64,000 nucleotides of DNA. It comes from a virus. Taxonomy: Duplodnaviria > Heunggongvirae > Uroviricota > Caudoviricetes. A model generated the notes under the pieces. It saw nothing but the letters and a program-made list of their open reading frames with translations, ran no database searches and was not told the origin of the DNA. This document shows, in pieces, positions 19,644-28,830 of the stretch. The stretch lies in IMG/VR virus record IMGVR_UViG_3300027710_000009; one strand, given 5' to 3'. Every line of letters starts with the position of its first letter. Position 1 is the stretch's first letter. Made by a program: the position numbers and the translations under genes.

Positions 19644-20038
19644 GCGAGCTCGCCTAGATCCACTGTTTCAATTGACCCAATGGGCTCCATGCAATCATAA
19701 ATGTCTGTTGCGCCGCCGGCGCTTTCTGCGGTAACAACGCCAAATGCATCTGTTACAGCTATTAAAGTTGCTAGCCCTGCCACTGTTTCGTCAACGGTTG
19801 TTGCTACTCCGTCAACTGTTGTGGTAGTTTGGGCATAATCTGTTGACCCGCCTTGCACGCCTGGAAAATACAAAGTGGTTGAATTGACAAATCCAGTGCT
19901 GGGGGATGTAATTGAAGTATCTGGGCCACTTTGTGTGTAAACAATATTGCCGCTGGTTCGTATATCGCCGTTTGAGGCAAAGATTGTCAATGGTCCTACC
20001 ACTAACCCAGTGTCAACTACAAATTTACTGTTAGCCAT
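19640..20038 (-). CDS. Hypothetical virion protein
   Basis: AGGA RBS, in the structural operon, ends ...TVDLGELA. Confidence 0.65.
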   Translation of the reverse strand: MANSKFVVDTGLVVGPLTIFASNGDIRTSGNIVYTQSGPDTSITSPSTGFVNSTTLYFPGVQGGSTDYAQTTTTVDGVATTVDETVAGLATLIAVTDAFGVVTAESAGGATDIYDCMEPIGSIETVDLGELA

Positions 20039-20056
20039 TTTTATTCCTGTCCATCT

Positions 20057-20063
20057 TATTTAT
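20057..20063 (-). promoter_or_regulatory. Late promoter box (ATAAATA)
   Basis: Intergenic, 18 nt upstream of the 20038 start. Confidence 0.55.
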
Positions 20064-20072
20064 TCATTTAGA

Positions 20073-23000
20073 TCAGAACGGCTCCCATGGTTGGTCATTG
20101 CTGATCATGTCTGCACGAAGTTTTATTGTGCAGTTGCTGGTAACTGCTGATGTATAATACAAGCTGACATTTCCAGCACTGAGTGCCGCAGTAATTGACC
20201 CAAGAGCTGCCGCATTGGCAAATGTACTGATCATGTTGTATTGTGTTCTGTATGCATAGGTGCCATTGTGAATTACCATCACATCACTGACTTCATATGC
20301 ATTAACTGTGTCATTTTCAACCTGCACAACATATTTTGCACTGCGATATCGTCCAGCATCAAATGTGTGAATCAGTGTTGGTGTGTTGTATGCAACAGGA
20401 ATTTGTGGTGTTCCATTCCACCCAACTGTGCCGTCATGTTTGAACAATATGGTGTTGGCAGTGAGAGTACCGTTGGCTCCGGTGACTAGTACACCTTCGT
20501 CAATTGATTGTACAGTTACCAAACCTTGTGCAGCCGACATACCTGCTGTGACTGACAACGCCAGGTATCTACTGCTAATCACATCGCCCGGAGCAGGTGG
20601 CTCAGTGAATGTAATCACATTTCCGGTCACACTGTAGGCAGTAACTGGTTGTTGTAGTGTACCGTTAATGGCAATAAATGTGGCGGCTGTGGTTGCTTCA
20701 CGAGAAGTTGTGAACTGTGTTGTTAAGCCGTCACCGCTGAATGTTTCTGCCACAATGGTTGCTGTTTGGCCGCTTTGTGGTTGATACCATTTGCCGCCAT
20801 CCCAATATTCCATGTCATTGACAATGGTATTGAAACGCATCATACCAGCACTTGGCGAACCGTATCCTGCAAAGCCTGGACGTTGTGCTTCTGTACCACG
20901 TGGTATTAGAATTGCATCAGTTGAGTTGATTTGTAACTTTGCACCGGTTACCAGGTTGGCACCAATTGCTGAATTACCAATTATTACTTGATTGTATGCA
21001 CTTGATGTGCTGGCCCAGATCAGTGTTGCATCATTGCCACCACGAACATAAAAATCTCTGTTGTGGTTCTGTTGATCGTTAAAACGTGCGCCTTGGCTGA
21101 CGTTTAGGTTACCACCAATTGCTGTGCCACCCTGTACATAGAATGCGCCACTTGAAGTGGTTGTGCTTGCGGTACTGTTGGCAATAGACACTTGACCGTA
21201 GAAGGTGGCTTTCTGATTGTTGTCCACACGCAGAGCAAGAGTAGTTGACGCTAGGCCATCTGTCTTGGTCCAAAGTTGAGCTTCACCGCCGAGGCCGTTG
21301 CTGACAACTGTGGTGCCTTGTGCCACATGGCGCCAACCAGACAGTTCTCTATATGCACCAGCACTGTATCCGTATGCGCCAACCACACCAGTGAAATCAC
21401 CGTCTTGTAAGTTGGCAGGAGCATGGCCTGTGCCACGACTTGATGATGTGGTCCATCCAGGTGCTTGTCCCACAGTGTTTGCAGAGATTGCGCTCTGTGG
21501 CAAGTAAGCATCACCTTGATAGTAGATGTTTAGCGTGTCAGTACCAGTGAAGTCGCCATTGGTACCAATGCTCAGGCTCACAGTAGAAATTGTGTTGCCA
21601 GTTGCACGTTGGTAATTGAAGTTTTCGTTGTTTTGATCAACTGCTAGATTGCCGCTTGGACTCATGAACAAAATAGAGTTTGCTTCAAATGATCCTAGTA
21701 GGAAATCGTATTGTACATTGGCAGTGGTGAATGTTGCACCACGTGGAGTACTGTTACCAATGTAGATATTGTTCATATCACCTGGCAGTGTTGGATTCAA
21801 TACCAAGTTACCAGATGGAGAAATGTTACCGCTACCGCTGCCACTGATAGTCAATGTATCAGTGATTGTGACGTTGGTAAAGGTTGCCCTAACTGGCGTA
21901 CTGCTGCCAATGATCATGTTGTCAATGGTGCCAGTGGTTGTTGGGTTAATTGTTACATAACCATTGGCAGTTGGAGCAAATGTAATAATAGCATTTGATC
22001 CACTTGCTGTTAGATTGTTGTCAACAACAGCGTTGTTGGCAGTTAGTCTGCCTTCAATACCAACTCCGCCCACAACTTGCAAGGCGCCGGTTGTTTGACT
22101 TGTGCTGGGATTTACATTGCTGAGTTTCAGCTGACCAAACTGTACGCTGCCATATGTGCCTGTGAACACGTTACCAGCACTTTCAACTGCGGCTTGCAGG
22201 TAAACCAAGTTGCTGGTGGTATTTTGCCAACCCAGGAAGGTACTGCGATCAGCACCTTCATAATAGTGCATGCGCAGGCCACGGTCTTTGCCATCATTGG
22301 TTGTTAGTACGCTGGCATTGGCTAGTCCACCCATTTCAATAACAGGATCAACCACAGTCATGAACGTGGAATTGATTGTGCTTACTGTGCCAATCACATT
22401 CAAGTTGCCTGTAACTGTTAGGTTGCCACCAATGCGTGTGTTCTTGTAAACACTCAGTCCACCGTCAACAATCAATGCACCTGTGCCAATTGAATCAGTT
22501 TCGACTGTGCTGGTGATTTCTGTAGAACCTGTGTTGGTGATGTTGATTCTGGCAATGCCTTGACCATCAGCAATGATAATTTGGTTGCTCAACGTGTCAA
22601 TTGTGCTGCCAGTGTTACCACCAAGAATCACATTGTTGTTGCCTGTTGATATTTGGCTACCAGCACGATAACCAAAAAATTGATTCTGTAGTGCTGTGCT
22701 TTGTAGACTCAAGCCAGCTTGTGATCCAATGGCAGTTGTGTTTTGTCCAGGACCTGCGGTACCAGTACGATAACCAACCAGGGTTATCTCAGCGCCGTTT
22801 GTGTTTGTTGCGGCTGCTTCGCTACCAATGATAGTAGACTTGGCGCCAAAATTTGTGCCACTGCCAATCTTCTGACCAATAATAACTGAGTCTGTTGATA
22901 GGTATGATGTGGCAGTGTTGCCTGCTAGTACAATAGAAGTTTGAGTTGCTTCAAGAACAGCTCTGCCGCTTGATACACCAATCACTCCACCAACATTTAA

Positions 23001-24389
23001 GTTGCCACCAATACCAGTGCCACCTTGAACAACAAACGCACCAGTGTTGGCAGTTGTGGAATTTACACCGCTGACAACAAATGTGTTGCCAGTGGCATCA
23101 ATGCGAATACGTGGAGCACCGCTACCATCTGCCACAACCACTTGATTGTTCAAGTCAGCAATTACATTGCCGTCATACGAGCCAAGGATTACGTTAAATG
23201 ATCCGCTGGTGATCAGTCGCCCGGAGTTGTGACCAAAGAATTGATTGTCTGTGCCTGTGACAATGTTGCCAGAGCTTTTACCAACCAAGGTAGAGTTTGC
23301 GCCAGGAGCACCTGCGCCTGCACCCATACCAATGATGGTTGTGTTTTCGCCAATGCTGGTTATGCCTTGTGCGGCGCCCAGTGCTGTTACATTTGCACCA
23401 ATGCCTATCTTGAGTTGATCTTTACCAATTACAACGTCATTGGTCTTGTTGCTTTGAACATAAACATTTTTGCTTTCAAAGCTGGCGCTGGTACCAATAT
23501 TCAAATTGCCGCCAATGCCTGCGCCGCCTGATCCAGTCACTACCAGTGCGCCAATGTTTGCACTTGAACTGTTGAGACCGTTGTCTACCAGTACACTGGC
23601 ATTGCCTGCGGGCAACCAGATGCTCTTTTTACGATCTGGCTGTATGTATATGTCGTTGTTGGTTCCACCAAATGTGTGTATCTCTGCGCCAGAGCCTGTA
23701 CTTGTTTTGACAGCAAGCGCACCAGCATTGCTGGTATCTGTTATCATCAGACCATAACGTGTGCTTGACTCTTGTGTGATTTGCACAACAGGTATGTTGC
23801 CGTTGATTGCAACTGCACCTGTGTTGGCTCCAAATACTGATCCGCTGCCACCAACCTGCAAATTTTGTGTAAAACTTGCTCCGCCTTTTACCTGCAGAGC
23901 ACCTGTGTTGGTGTCAGTTGCTTCGACCACGCTGGAGTCTGTTCCAGCTGTTCTAATTGTGGTATTGCCAATTATCAAATTGGCATAGGCTGTTCTGTTG
24001 ATTACACCCTGTGTGGTTCCTGTTTCTGTTGTTAGCAGGCCTTGAAAACTGCCATCTGCTTCGCGCCAGACCCAGGCTGAATTCAGTGGGCCATAATTGG
24101 TTGGTGTAACTGGTTGAAGGTTTCTATCTATTAGAATACCCACATCATAGCTGGGAGTGCCTGCGTATCCATTGTTGAATATCACCAGCGGATCATTGAC
24201 CAGTGTGTTTGTGCTGTTGATTGTGTTGGTGTTTCCAGAAACCGTAAGGTTTCCAACAATAGCAATATTAGAATTGATTGTTACATCTGGGTTAAACAAA
24301 GACCCAACGATTGTACCTGGAGCAATTTTTACGTTAGCAAAAATAGTTGCATCAGTGATCTGATTATTTTTAATCCGCGTTACGGCCAT
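20073..24389 (-). CDS. 1438-aa virion fibre protein
   Basis: MAVTRIK start, TGALQVxGG repeats, two blocks of N..IG..AG beta-roll repeats, then C-terminal GTEAQRP/MRFNT, ETFSGDG...INGTLQQP and YRSAKY domains. Confidence 0.8.
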   Translation of the reverse strand: MAVTRIKNNQITDATIFANVKIAPGTIVGSLFNPDVTINSNIAIVGNLTVSGNTNTINSTNTLVNDPLVIFNNGYAGTPSYDVGILIDRNLQPVTPTNYGPLNSAWVWREADGSFQGLLTTETGTTQGVINRTAYANLIIGNTTIRTAGTDSSVVEATDTNTGALQVKGGASFTQNLQVGGSGSVFGANTGAVAINGNIPVVQITQESSTRYGLMITDTSNAGALAVKTSTGSGAEIHTFGGTNNDIYIQPDRKKSIWLPAGNASVLVDNGLNSSSANIGALVVTGSGGAGIGGNLNIGTSASFESKNVYVQSNKTNDVVIGKDQLKIGIGANVTALGAAQGITSIGENTTIIGMGAGAGAPGANSTLVGKSSGNIVTGTDNQFFGHNSGRLITSGSFNVILGSYDGNVIADLNNQVVVADGSGAPRIRIDATGNTFVVSGVNSTTANTGAFVVQGGTGIGGNLNVGGVIGVSSGRAVLEATQTSIVLAGNTATSYLSTDSVIIGQKIGSGTNFGAKSTIIGSEAAATNTNGAEITLVGYRTGTAGPGQNTTAIGSQAGLSLQSTALQNQFFGYRAGSQISTGNNNVILGGNTGSTIDTLSNQIIIADGQGIARINITNTGSTEITSTVETDSIGTGALIVDGGLSVYKNTRIGGNLTVTGNLNVIGTVSTINSTFMTVVDPVIEMGGLANASVLTTNDGKDRGLRMHYYEGADRSTFLGWQNTTSNLVYLQAAVESAGNVFTGTYGSVQFGQLKLSNVNPSTSQTTGALQVVGGVGIEGRLTANNAVVDNNLTASGSNAIITFAPTANGYVTINPTTTGTIDNMIIGSSTPVRATFTNVTITDTLTISGSGSGNISPSGNLVLNPTLPGDMNNIYIGNSTPRGATFTTANVQYDFLLGSFEANSILFMSPSGNLAVDQNNENFNYQRATGNTISTVSLSIGTNGDFTGTDTLNIYYQGDAYLPQSAISANTVGQAPGWTTSSSRGTGHAPANLQDGDFTGVVGAYGYSAGAYRELSGWRHVAQGTTVVSNGLGGEAQLWTKTDGLASTTLALRVDNNQKATFYGQVSIANSTASTTTSSGAFYVQGGTAIGGNLNVSQGARFNDQQNHNRDFYVRGGNDATLIWASTSSAYNQVIIGNSAIGANLVTGAKLQINSTDAILIPRGTEAQRPGFAGYGSPSAGMMRFNTIVNDMEYWDGGKWYQPQSGQTATIVAETFSGDGLTTQFTTSREATTAATFIAINGTLQQPVTAYSVTGNVITFTEPPAPGDVISSRYLALSVTAGMSAAQGLVTVQSIDEGVLVTGANGTLTANTILFKHDGTVGWNGTPQIPVAYNTPTLIHTFDAGRYRSAKYVVQVENDTVNAYEVSDVMVIHNGTYAYRTQYNMISTFANAAALGSITAALSAGNVSLYYTSAVTSNCTIKLRADMISNDQPWEPF

Positions 24390-24419
24390 TATTCTGGTTC
24401 CTAGAGCATCGGTTATAGC

Positions 24420-24426
24420 TATTTAG
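24420..24426 (-). promoter_or_regulatory. Late promoter box (CTAAATA) within an inverted repeat
   Basis: 30 nt upstream of the 24389 start, inside the palindrome AGCTATTT-N8-AAATAGCT (24417-24440). Confidence 0.55.
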
Positions 24427-24483
24427 CAGACCAAATAGCTTTTGATTCTAGCTTGGTTTTGACGCAAAATTTGTAAATTTTGG

Positions 24484-26421
24484 TTAGATAACTGGGTCTG
24501 TGATGTACATCGCGTGATATTTTATCTGCGTGTCTGCATTGGTGCCCTGTGCTTTGATATTCATTATAGCAGTAAAGCTAACTTCAGTGCTCCAGGTTAG
24601 CATGGACGACCCAGTCTTGCTCACAAACGTGCTGGTGTGAAATCCTGCCAGGTCATCATGCACAACATACAATTCACCTATTTCGTAATTGTCACCTGTT
24701 ACAGTTTTGGCTGTGTAGGTATATTTGGCAGCACGGTATAAATGAATGTCCCAAGTGTCAACAGTAAAAGTAGAAACACCTACATTGGCATACGCTGTGT
24801 CCACCACAATTGGATTTGTTGCAACCGATATTCCAGCTGAAAGAGAACGTATTTCAATAATGTCTGTGGTCAACGGAACTGTGGAAAAAGTAATTATGTT
24901 TCCTGCCACAGAGTATGTGGTGCTTGGTCGCTGTATCACACCGTTGAAATTGACCAGTACAGATGTTGTGGTACTTTCTTGTGCCAGGCTAAACGATGCT
25001 GATGTTCCGTCTGGAACTATAGTTTCGCTAGTGATTACATTGGTTGTGGGATTGATCCAGCCAGCACCATCGTACCATTCAATTGATCCTAGATCTGTGC
25101 TGAATCTAAGATCGCCCACTTGTTCCAGTCCTGGAGTTGGACGTTGTGCTTCTGTGCCAACTGGCAATCTCAAAACACTGCTGGTATCAATTACCACACG
25201 ATCATTGTTGAAGCCAGTTAGTCTTAGTTCACCTGCAACAGTGCTAACAGTGTTGTCAGCGATGGTTATGTCCTGCCAGGTTATTTTGCCATCTTCAATC
25301 CTGCCCTGTTCCACACCTCTCACGCTAAAAATCACGTTGCCTGCAAAGATTCCGCCTGCGTCACTGTTGTCGTTTACAATAACTCTACTGCGTCCCAATG
25401 GACCATCAAAAATACTTCTAGTAGATGCCGCGCTAACACTGATAAGAGAATCAACATATGATTTGGTTGCCGCATCACTGGCCAGCGTTGGCACACCAAC
25501 ATCTGTTACTCTGTGGTTGTTAACAGTGATTACGCCATTGCCGTTGGGATCTAAAATCAAGTCTTGATTGGTAGTAGCAGTTCTTATTCTGTTGTTGAGA
25601 ACTTCAACATCACCCATTCTGGTAATACCGTTGGCTCGTAAATTTTGCCCGTCATAGGTTAAAAAGCTGGTTCCTTTGATCTTGCTATTTTCAGCTGCAT
25701 CAGCAAACAACACCTGATTGGTGTTGACGTTGTCCAATCTTATATTGCCAGTTCTTAATAAACTGTTGCTGTTAAAGAAGGTCAAGTTGGTAGTGGTCAC
25801 TACCCAGTTGTTTGCCGCAATGTATGCAATACTGGTTGGATTGCTGTTTTGTATCACTAGGTTAGCAGGTGCTAGTGTGTCAAATGTTTGAGAACCTGTG
25901 ACAGTGAGATTGGCCAAAACCATGGCACTGTTGGCATTAAAAAATTTAAGGCCAGGGTTGTCAATCAATATGTTGTTGTTGGCAGCAACAAAGGGAATGC
26001 GATCAGCTGATAAATTACTGATGTTGGCTGTGGCAAATGTTCCTAGTACATTTGCATTCAAATATGTAAAAGTAGCTGGACGAGGATCTAGTCCACCAAT
26101 AACAGTTCCGTCCACACGACCACTGATAACATTTGCATTGATAACTGTTACGTTGGCAATACCATTGGCTTGTAGCGTAAGATTTTGATTTAGTCCTTGG
26201 GTAGTAACTAGAGCACCTGCGTCTAGCACCACGTTGCCTATTGCGGCATTGCCGCCAACGTTGAAAACATATGGACCACCGCTGCCACCTCGCAACGCCA
26301 TTATGAACTCTGAGAAATTCAAAGTAACCAACTCAAACGAATTGGTCGTAAAAGTCAGATCTATGCCTTGCCGGTCTAATTCCTGCAATAGCATGGGTCC
26401 TGCAACTCTTCCAATGGCCAT
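24484..26421 (-). CDS. 645-aa virion structural protein
   Basis: MAIGRVAGPML start, GGAGG RBS, a DAATKSYVD fibre motif, and C-terminal domains shared with 20073-24389. Confidence 0.8.
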   Translation of the reverse strand: MAIGRVAGPMLLQELDRQGIDLTFTTNSFELVTLNFSEFIMALRGGSGGPYVFNVGGNAAIGNVVLDAGALVTTQGLNQNLTLQANGIANVTVINANVISGRVDGTVIGGLDPRPATFTYLNANVLGTFATANISNLSADRIPFVAANNNILIDNPGLKFFNANSAMVLANLTVTGSQTFDTLAPANLVIQNSNPTSIAYIAANNWVVTTTNLTFFNSNSLLRTGNIRLDNVNTNQVLFADAAENSKIKGTSFLTYDGQNLRANGITRMGDVEVLNNRIRTATTNQDLILDPNGNGVITVNNHRVTDVGVPTLASDAATKSYVDSLISVSAASTRSIFDGPLGRSRVIVNDNSDAGGIFAGNVIFSVRGVEQGRIEDGKITWQDITIADNTVSTVAGELRLTGFNNDRVVIDTSSVLRLPVGTEAQRPTPGLEQVGDLRFSTDLGSIEWYDGAGWINPTTNVITSETIVPDGTSASFSLAQESTTTSVLVNFNGVIQRPSTTYSVAGNIITFSTVPLTTDIIEIRSLSAGISVATNPIVVDTAYANVGVSTFTVDTWDIHLYRAAKYTYTAKTVTGDNYEIGELYVVHDDLAGFHTSTFVSKTGSSMLTWSTEVSFTAIMNIKAQGTNADTQIKYHAMYITDPVI

Positions 26422-26439
26422 TTGCTTCCTCCTACTCTG

Positions 26440-26446
26440 TATTTAC
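26440..26446 (-). promoter_or_regulatory. Late promoter box (GTAAATA)
   Basis: 18 nt upstream of the 26421 start. Confidence 0.55.
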
Positions 26447-26454
26447 CGAGTAGA

Positions 26455-26871
26455 TTATGCCGCTACTGTGCTGGCGTATCCGTGCAAAACTATTACAGTT
26501 TGTCCAAACGGAGGTGCTGAAGTAAATGTAATTGTTGTACCGCTGACTGTGTATGCCACACCAGGATTTTGAAAAATGTTACCAACAACCACAATAATAC
26601 GAGTTTCTTGTCCTGCAGAATAACTCTGACTCATTGTAAATGGTGTGGTGAATCCATCGCCAGTGAATGTGTCTTTAGTAACGTTAACCGGACCTTCACG
26701 TGTGAGCGTGTTCCATTGAGCACTGTAGTATACTTCTACCAAGTTGGTATCTGTGTTGAATCTAAAGTCACCTGAAATTGGTGTGAGTGGACGTAGACTT
26801 GTTGGGCCAAATGGCATGACTGCGCCACTGCCAGCTGTTCTAATCCTGTCGTTTTTAAGATGTCGTCCCAT
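26455..26871 (-). CDS. Small virion structural protein
   Basis: P.G....RP...G.FRFNT plus TFTGDG...Q.P...ITFT.APP modules, shared with the two downstream genes. Confidence 0.75.
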   Translation of the reverse strand: MGRHLKNDRIRTAGSGAVMPFGPTSLRPLTPISGDFRFNTDTNLVEVYYSAQWNTLTREGPVNVTKDTFTGDGFTTPFTMSQSYSAGQETRIIVVVGNIFQNPGVAYTVSGTTITFTSAPPFGQTVIVLHGYASTVAA

Positions 26872-26872
26872 A

Positions 26873-27199
26873 TTAGATATTTGTAAAGCTCACTGTGGCA
26901 ATGAGCAAATTGTCAGTTAGATTATCCACCCCCACGTTGCCTTGAATTGAATCGCCTGTGTCTAATAGAATACGTTCATTTTCTAAAATGTATGTATCAC
27001 CGCCTGCAATTCGCAAGTTATGGTAAATGACTGTGTTTGCATAATCTGTACTGCCGCTTGGCATTAAAAATATATTGCAAGTCAAAGTGTTTGCAGATTT
27101 ATTACACAAGTACATGGTGGTAACCGCAACATTGCTGTTTGCAGTCAAGATAGGCAATGCTGTTGCCGAGTACTTCATTGGAGAATTGGTAATTGCCAT
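26873..27199 (-). CDS. Small beta-rich hypothetical virion protein
   Basis: Tightly packed in the operon. Pattern MYLCN...C.I.L.P.G...ILLDTGDSI. Confidence 0.7.
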   Translation of the reverse strand: MAITNSPMKYSATALPILTANSNVAVTTMYLCNKSANTLTCNIFLMPSGSTDYANTVIYHNLRIAGGDTYILENERILLDTGDSIQGNVGVDNLTDNLLIATVSFTNI

Positions 27200-27211
27200 T
27201 CTTTATTTTTC

Positions 27212-27880
27212 CTAAAATATAATTGAGTAAACGATTGCTCTTTTTTTGCTAATAAGTTCTTCGCCAACCACTGTGCCATCACCGGTGGTAACATACACAC
27301 CTGTTCCACCAGCGGCAACATTGCCACCGTGAACGGTATTTCTGTCGCTGACCACGGCAGGAGCACTTGGATATATTTGCAAAGCTAGATTGCTGTTTAC
27401 TTTTATATACTGAGTGGTAACTCCTTCTGCGGCAATGCTCACATTGGTATTACTGGTCACCCAGTTTGGTCCTACATTCAAGTTGGCGCTCAACTCTGGT
27501 GCAAGATCTTCGTTTAATTTTGTTAGGCCTGTGCTGGTGGCAACAATGTTAGATTCAAGTCCGCTAGGGTCTTTTACTGTCCACGAATCAAAATCTTCAT
27601 TCCACAACAAATATGTGTTTGGAGAGCTGCCACGATTGACTTCAATACCAGCACTTAATGAAGGTGCCGCATCTGGCGCCAAATTTGCAGTAAGTGTAAT
27701 CTGGTTGTCAGTTATGTAAGTGTTTTGGATGTTTGCGGCAGTGTAGTTCAACAGGTATGTATCGCCATTGATACGCAGATTTCCGTTGATAATTACCACA
27801 TTTGAATCCAAAGTGATAGGATCACTTCTATTGACTGTGTTAATTGTGTATGGACCGCTAACGTTTTTAATAATGCTCAT
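27212..27880 (-). CDS. Virion structural protein
   Basis: INGNLRING...ITDNQITL...AGIEVNRG...LLWNE fibre motif and a hydrophobic C-terminus AIVYSIIF. Confidence 0.75.
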   Translation of the reverse strand: MSIIKNVSGPYTINTVNRSDPITLDSNVVIINGNLRINGDTYLLNYTAANIQNTYITDNQITLTANLAPDAAPSLSAGIEVNRGSSPNTYLLWNEDFDSWTVKDPSGLESNIVATSTGLTKLNEDLAPELSANLNVGPNWVTSNTNVSIAAEGVTTQYIKVNSNLALQIYPSAPAVVSDRNTVHGGNVAAGGTGVYVTTGDGTVVGEELISKKRAIVYSIIF

Positions 27881-27899
27881 ATGAATTCGCCATTTGCTT

Positions 27900-27906
27900 T
27901 ATTTAT
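27900..27906 (-). promoter_or_regulatory. Late promoter box (ATAAATA)
   Basis: 19 nt upstream of the 27880 start, downstream of a terminator. Confidence 0.65.
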
Positions 27907-27920
27907 GCGGTAAGGAGCTC

Positions 27921-27948
27921 AAACAAAAAGAGGGCCGAAGCCCTCTTT
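27921..27948 (-). terminator. Intrinsic terminator
   Basis: Minus strand reads AAAGAGGGC-TTCG-GCCCTCTTT-TTGTTT (UUCG tetraloop). Confidence 0.9.
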
Positions 27949-27971
27949 AGGATCCACTGCAAACGAGGATA

Positions 27972-28700
27972 TTAAGCGTTGGCTAACACAACAGTAGGTA
28001 GTTCTACTACTGATGGGCCGTCTGCGGCTGATGGGTTTCCACCGCTGGTGCCTGCTTCTGCAGATCCAGTAATGGTCCATTTTGCAGTATCACCATCAGG
28101 AACATCAAATCCTGTGCCGCCGTCGGTGTTTTGTACCAATTCAACTTTGTTCTTGTTGATCTTCTTGACCCAGTATGTGCTGCTTTGGCTGTCTGTAGCA
28201 ACAATGGCCATTTCGCCAGCGGCGCTTGGTGTAGCGGCCACTAGCTTGCAAACTGCGGTGCCGTCTTGCGATCTAACTCTAAAACGCTTGCTACCAACTT
28301 GTTTCAAAATGTCGTTGCCAGTGGTGCGGTTTGTGGAACTGATACGCACTTGCGGTGCCAGTGCATTAGCACGAGCAGTTGCAGCCGATACGGAAGTTAA
28401 TACTGCTGTCAAAGTTAGTGTACCTTGTGTGCCTGTGTCTGCAGAGATAGTTGCTGATGTGTAGCCAGAACCAACTGTGCTAATGGACACGTTGCCAATT
28501 ACACCGTTTGCAAAAGCATTGACAGTACCAACTGCTTGTGTACTACCTGCAATCTGCGGTGCAGAAATTGTTAGTGCATCACCTGTTGTGTAGCCAGATG
28601 AATTGTTAGTGCCACCTAATGTGACACTGGAGATACCTTCACCGCCAATGTTGTCGGGGTTTGATTCACCAAAGAATTTTTTATTTAGAGGACGTCCCAT
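27972..28700 (-). CDS. 242-aa virion protein downstream of MCP (candidate head decoration protein)
   Basis: Likely start is MGRPLNKKFFG at 28700, after an AAGGAG RBS, rather than the track start at 28754. Contains I.SV....GSGYT repeats and ILKQVGSKRFRV. Confidence 0.75.
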   Translation of the reverse strand: MGRPLNKKFFGESNPDNIGGEGISSVTLGGTNNSSGYTTGDALTISAPQIAGSTQAVGTVNAFANGVIGNVSISTVGSGYTSATISADTGTQGTLTLTAVLTSVSAATARANALAPQVRISSTNRTTGNDILKQVGSKRFRVRSQDGTAVCKLVAATPSAAGEMAIVATDSQSSTYWVKKINKNKVELVQNTDGGTGFDVPDGDTAKWTITGSAEAGTSGGNPSAADGPSVVELPTVVLANA

Positions 28701-28724
28701 TTGTTTTCTCCTTAATATGATTAG

Positions 28725-28779
28725 CGTTCTAGGCCTACGCGGTGGGTACCGCATAAGTTACTTGAGTGTCAAGTGAACA
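28725..28779 (-). promoter_or_regulatory. Structured 5' leader (putative three-way junction)
   Basis: P1 UGUUC/GAACG, P2 ACUUGA-CAC-UCAAGU, P3 CUUAUGCGGU-ACCC-ACCGCGUAGG. Lies between the late promoter and the RBS. Confidence 0.5.
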
Positions 28780-28782
28780 TTA

Positions 28783-28789
28783 TATTTAC
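28783..28789 (-). promoter_or_regulatory. Late promoter box (GTAAATA)
   Basis: Immediately upstream of the structured leader of the 28700 gene. Confidence 0.6.
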
Positions 28790-28797
28790 CTAATAGT

Positions 28798-28826
28798 TTG
28801 CTTTGTAGTTGTGTCTGCTATATAAT
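28798..28826 (+). promoter_or_regulatory. Sigma70-type promoter TTGCTT-17bp-TATAAT
   Basis: Exact -10 and a 17-bp spacer. The same -35 hexamer occurs in the promoter at 48017-48045. Confidence 0.75.
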
Positions 28827-28830
28827 AGCT

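Noticed and set aside
28701-28754. Track start MRYPPRRP for the 27972 gene
   Set aside because: The extension overlies the leader hairpin, and a strong AAGGAG precedes ATG 28700.
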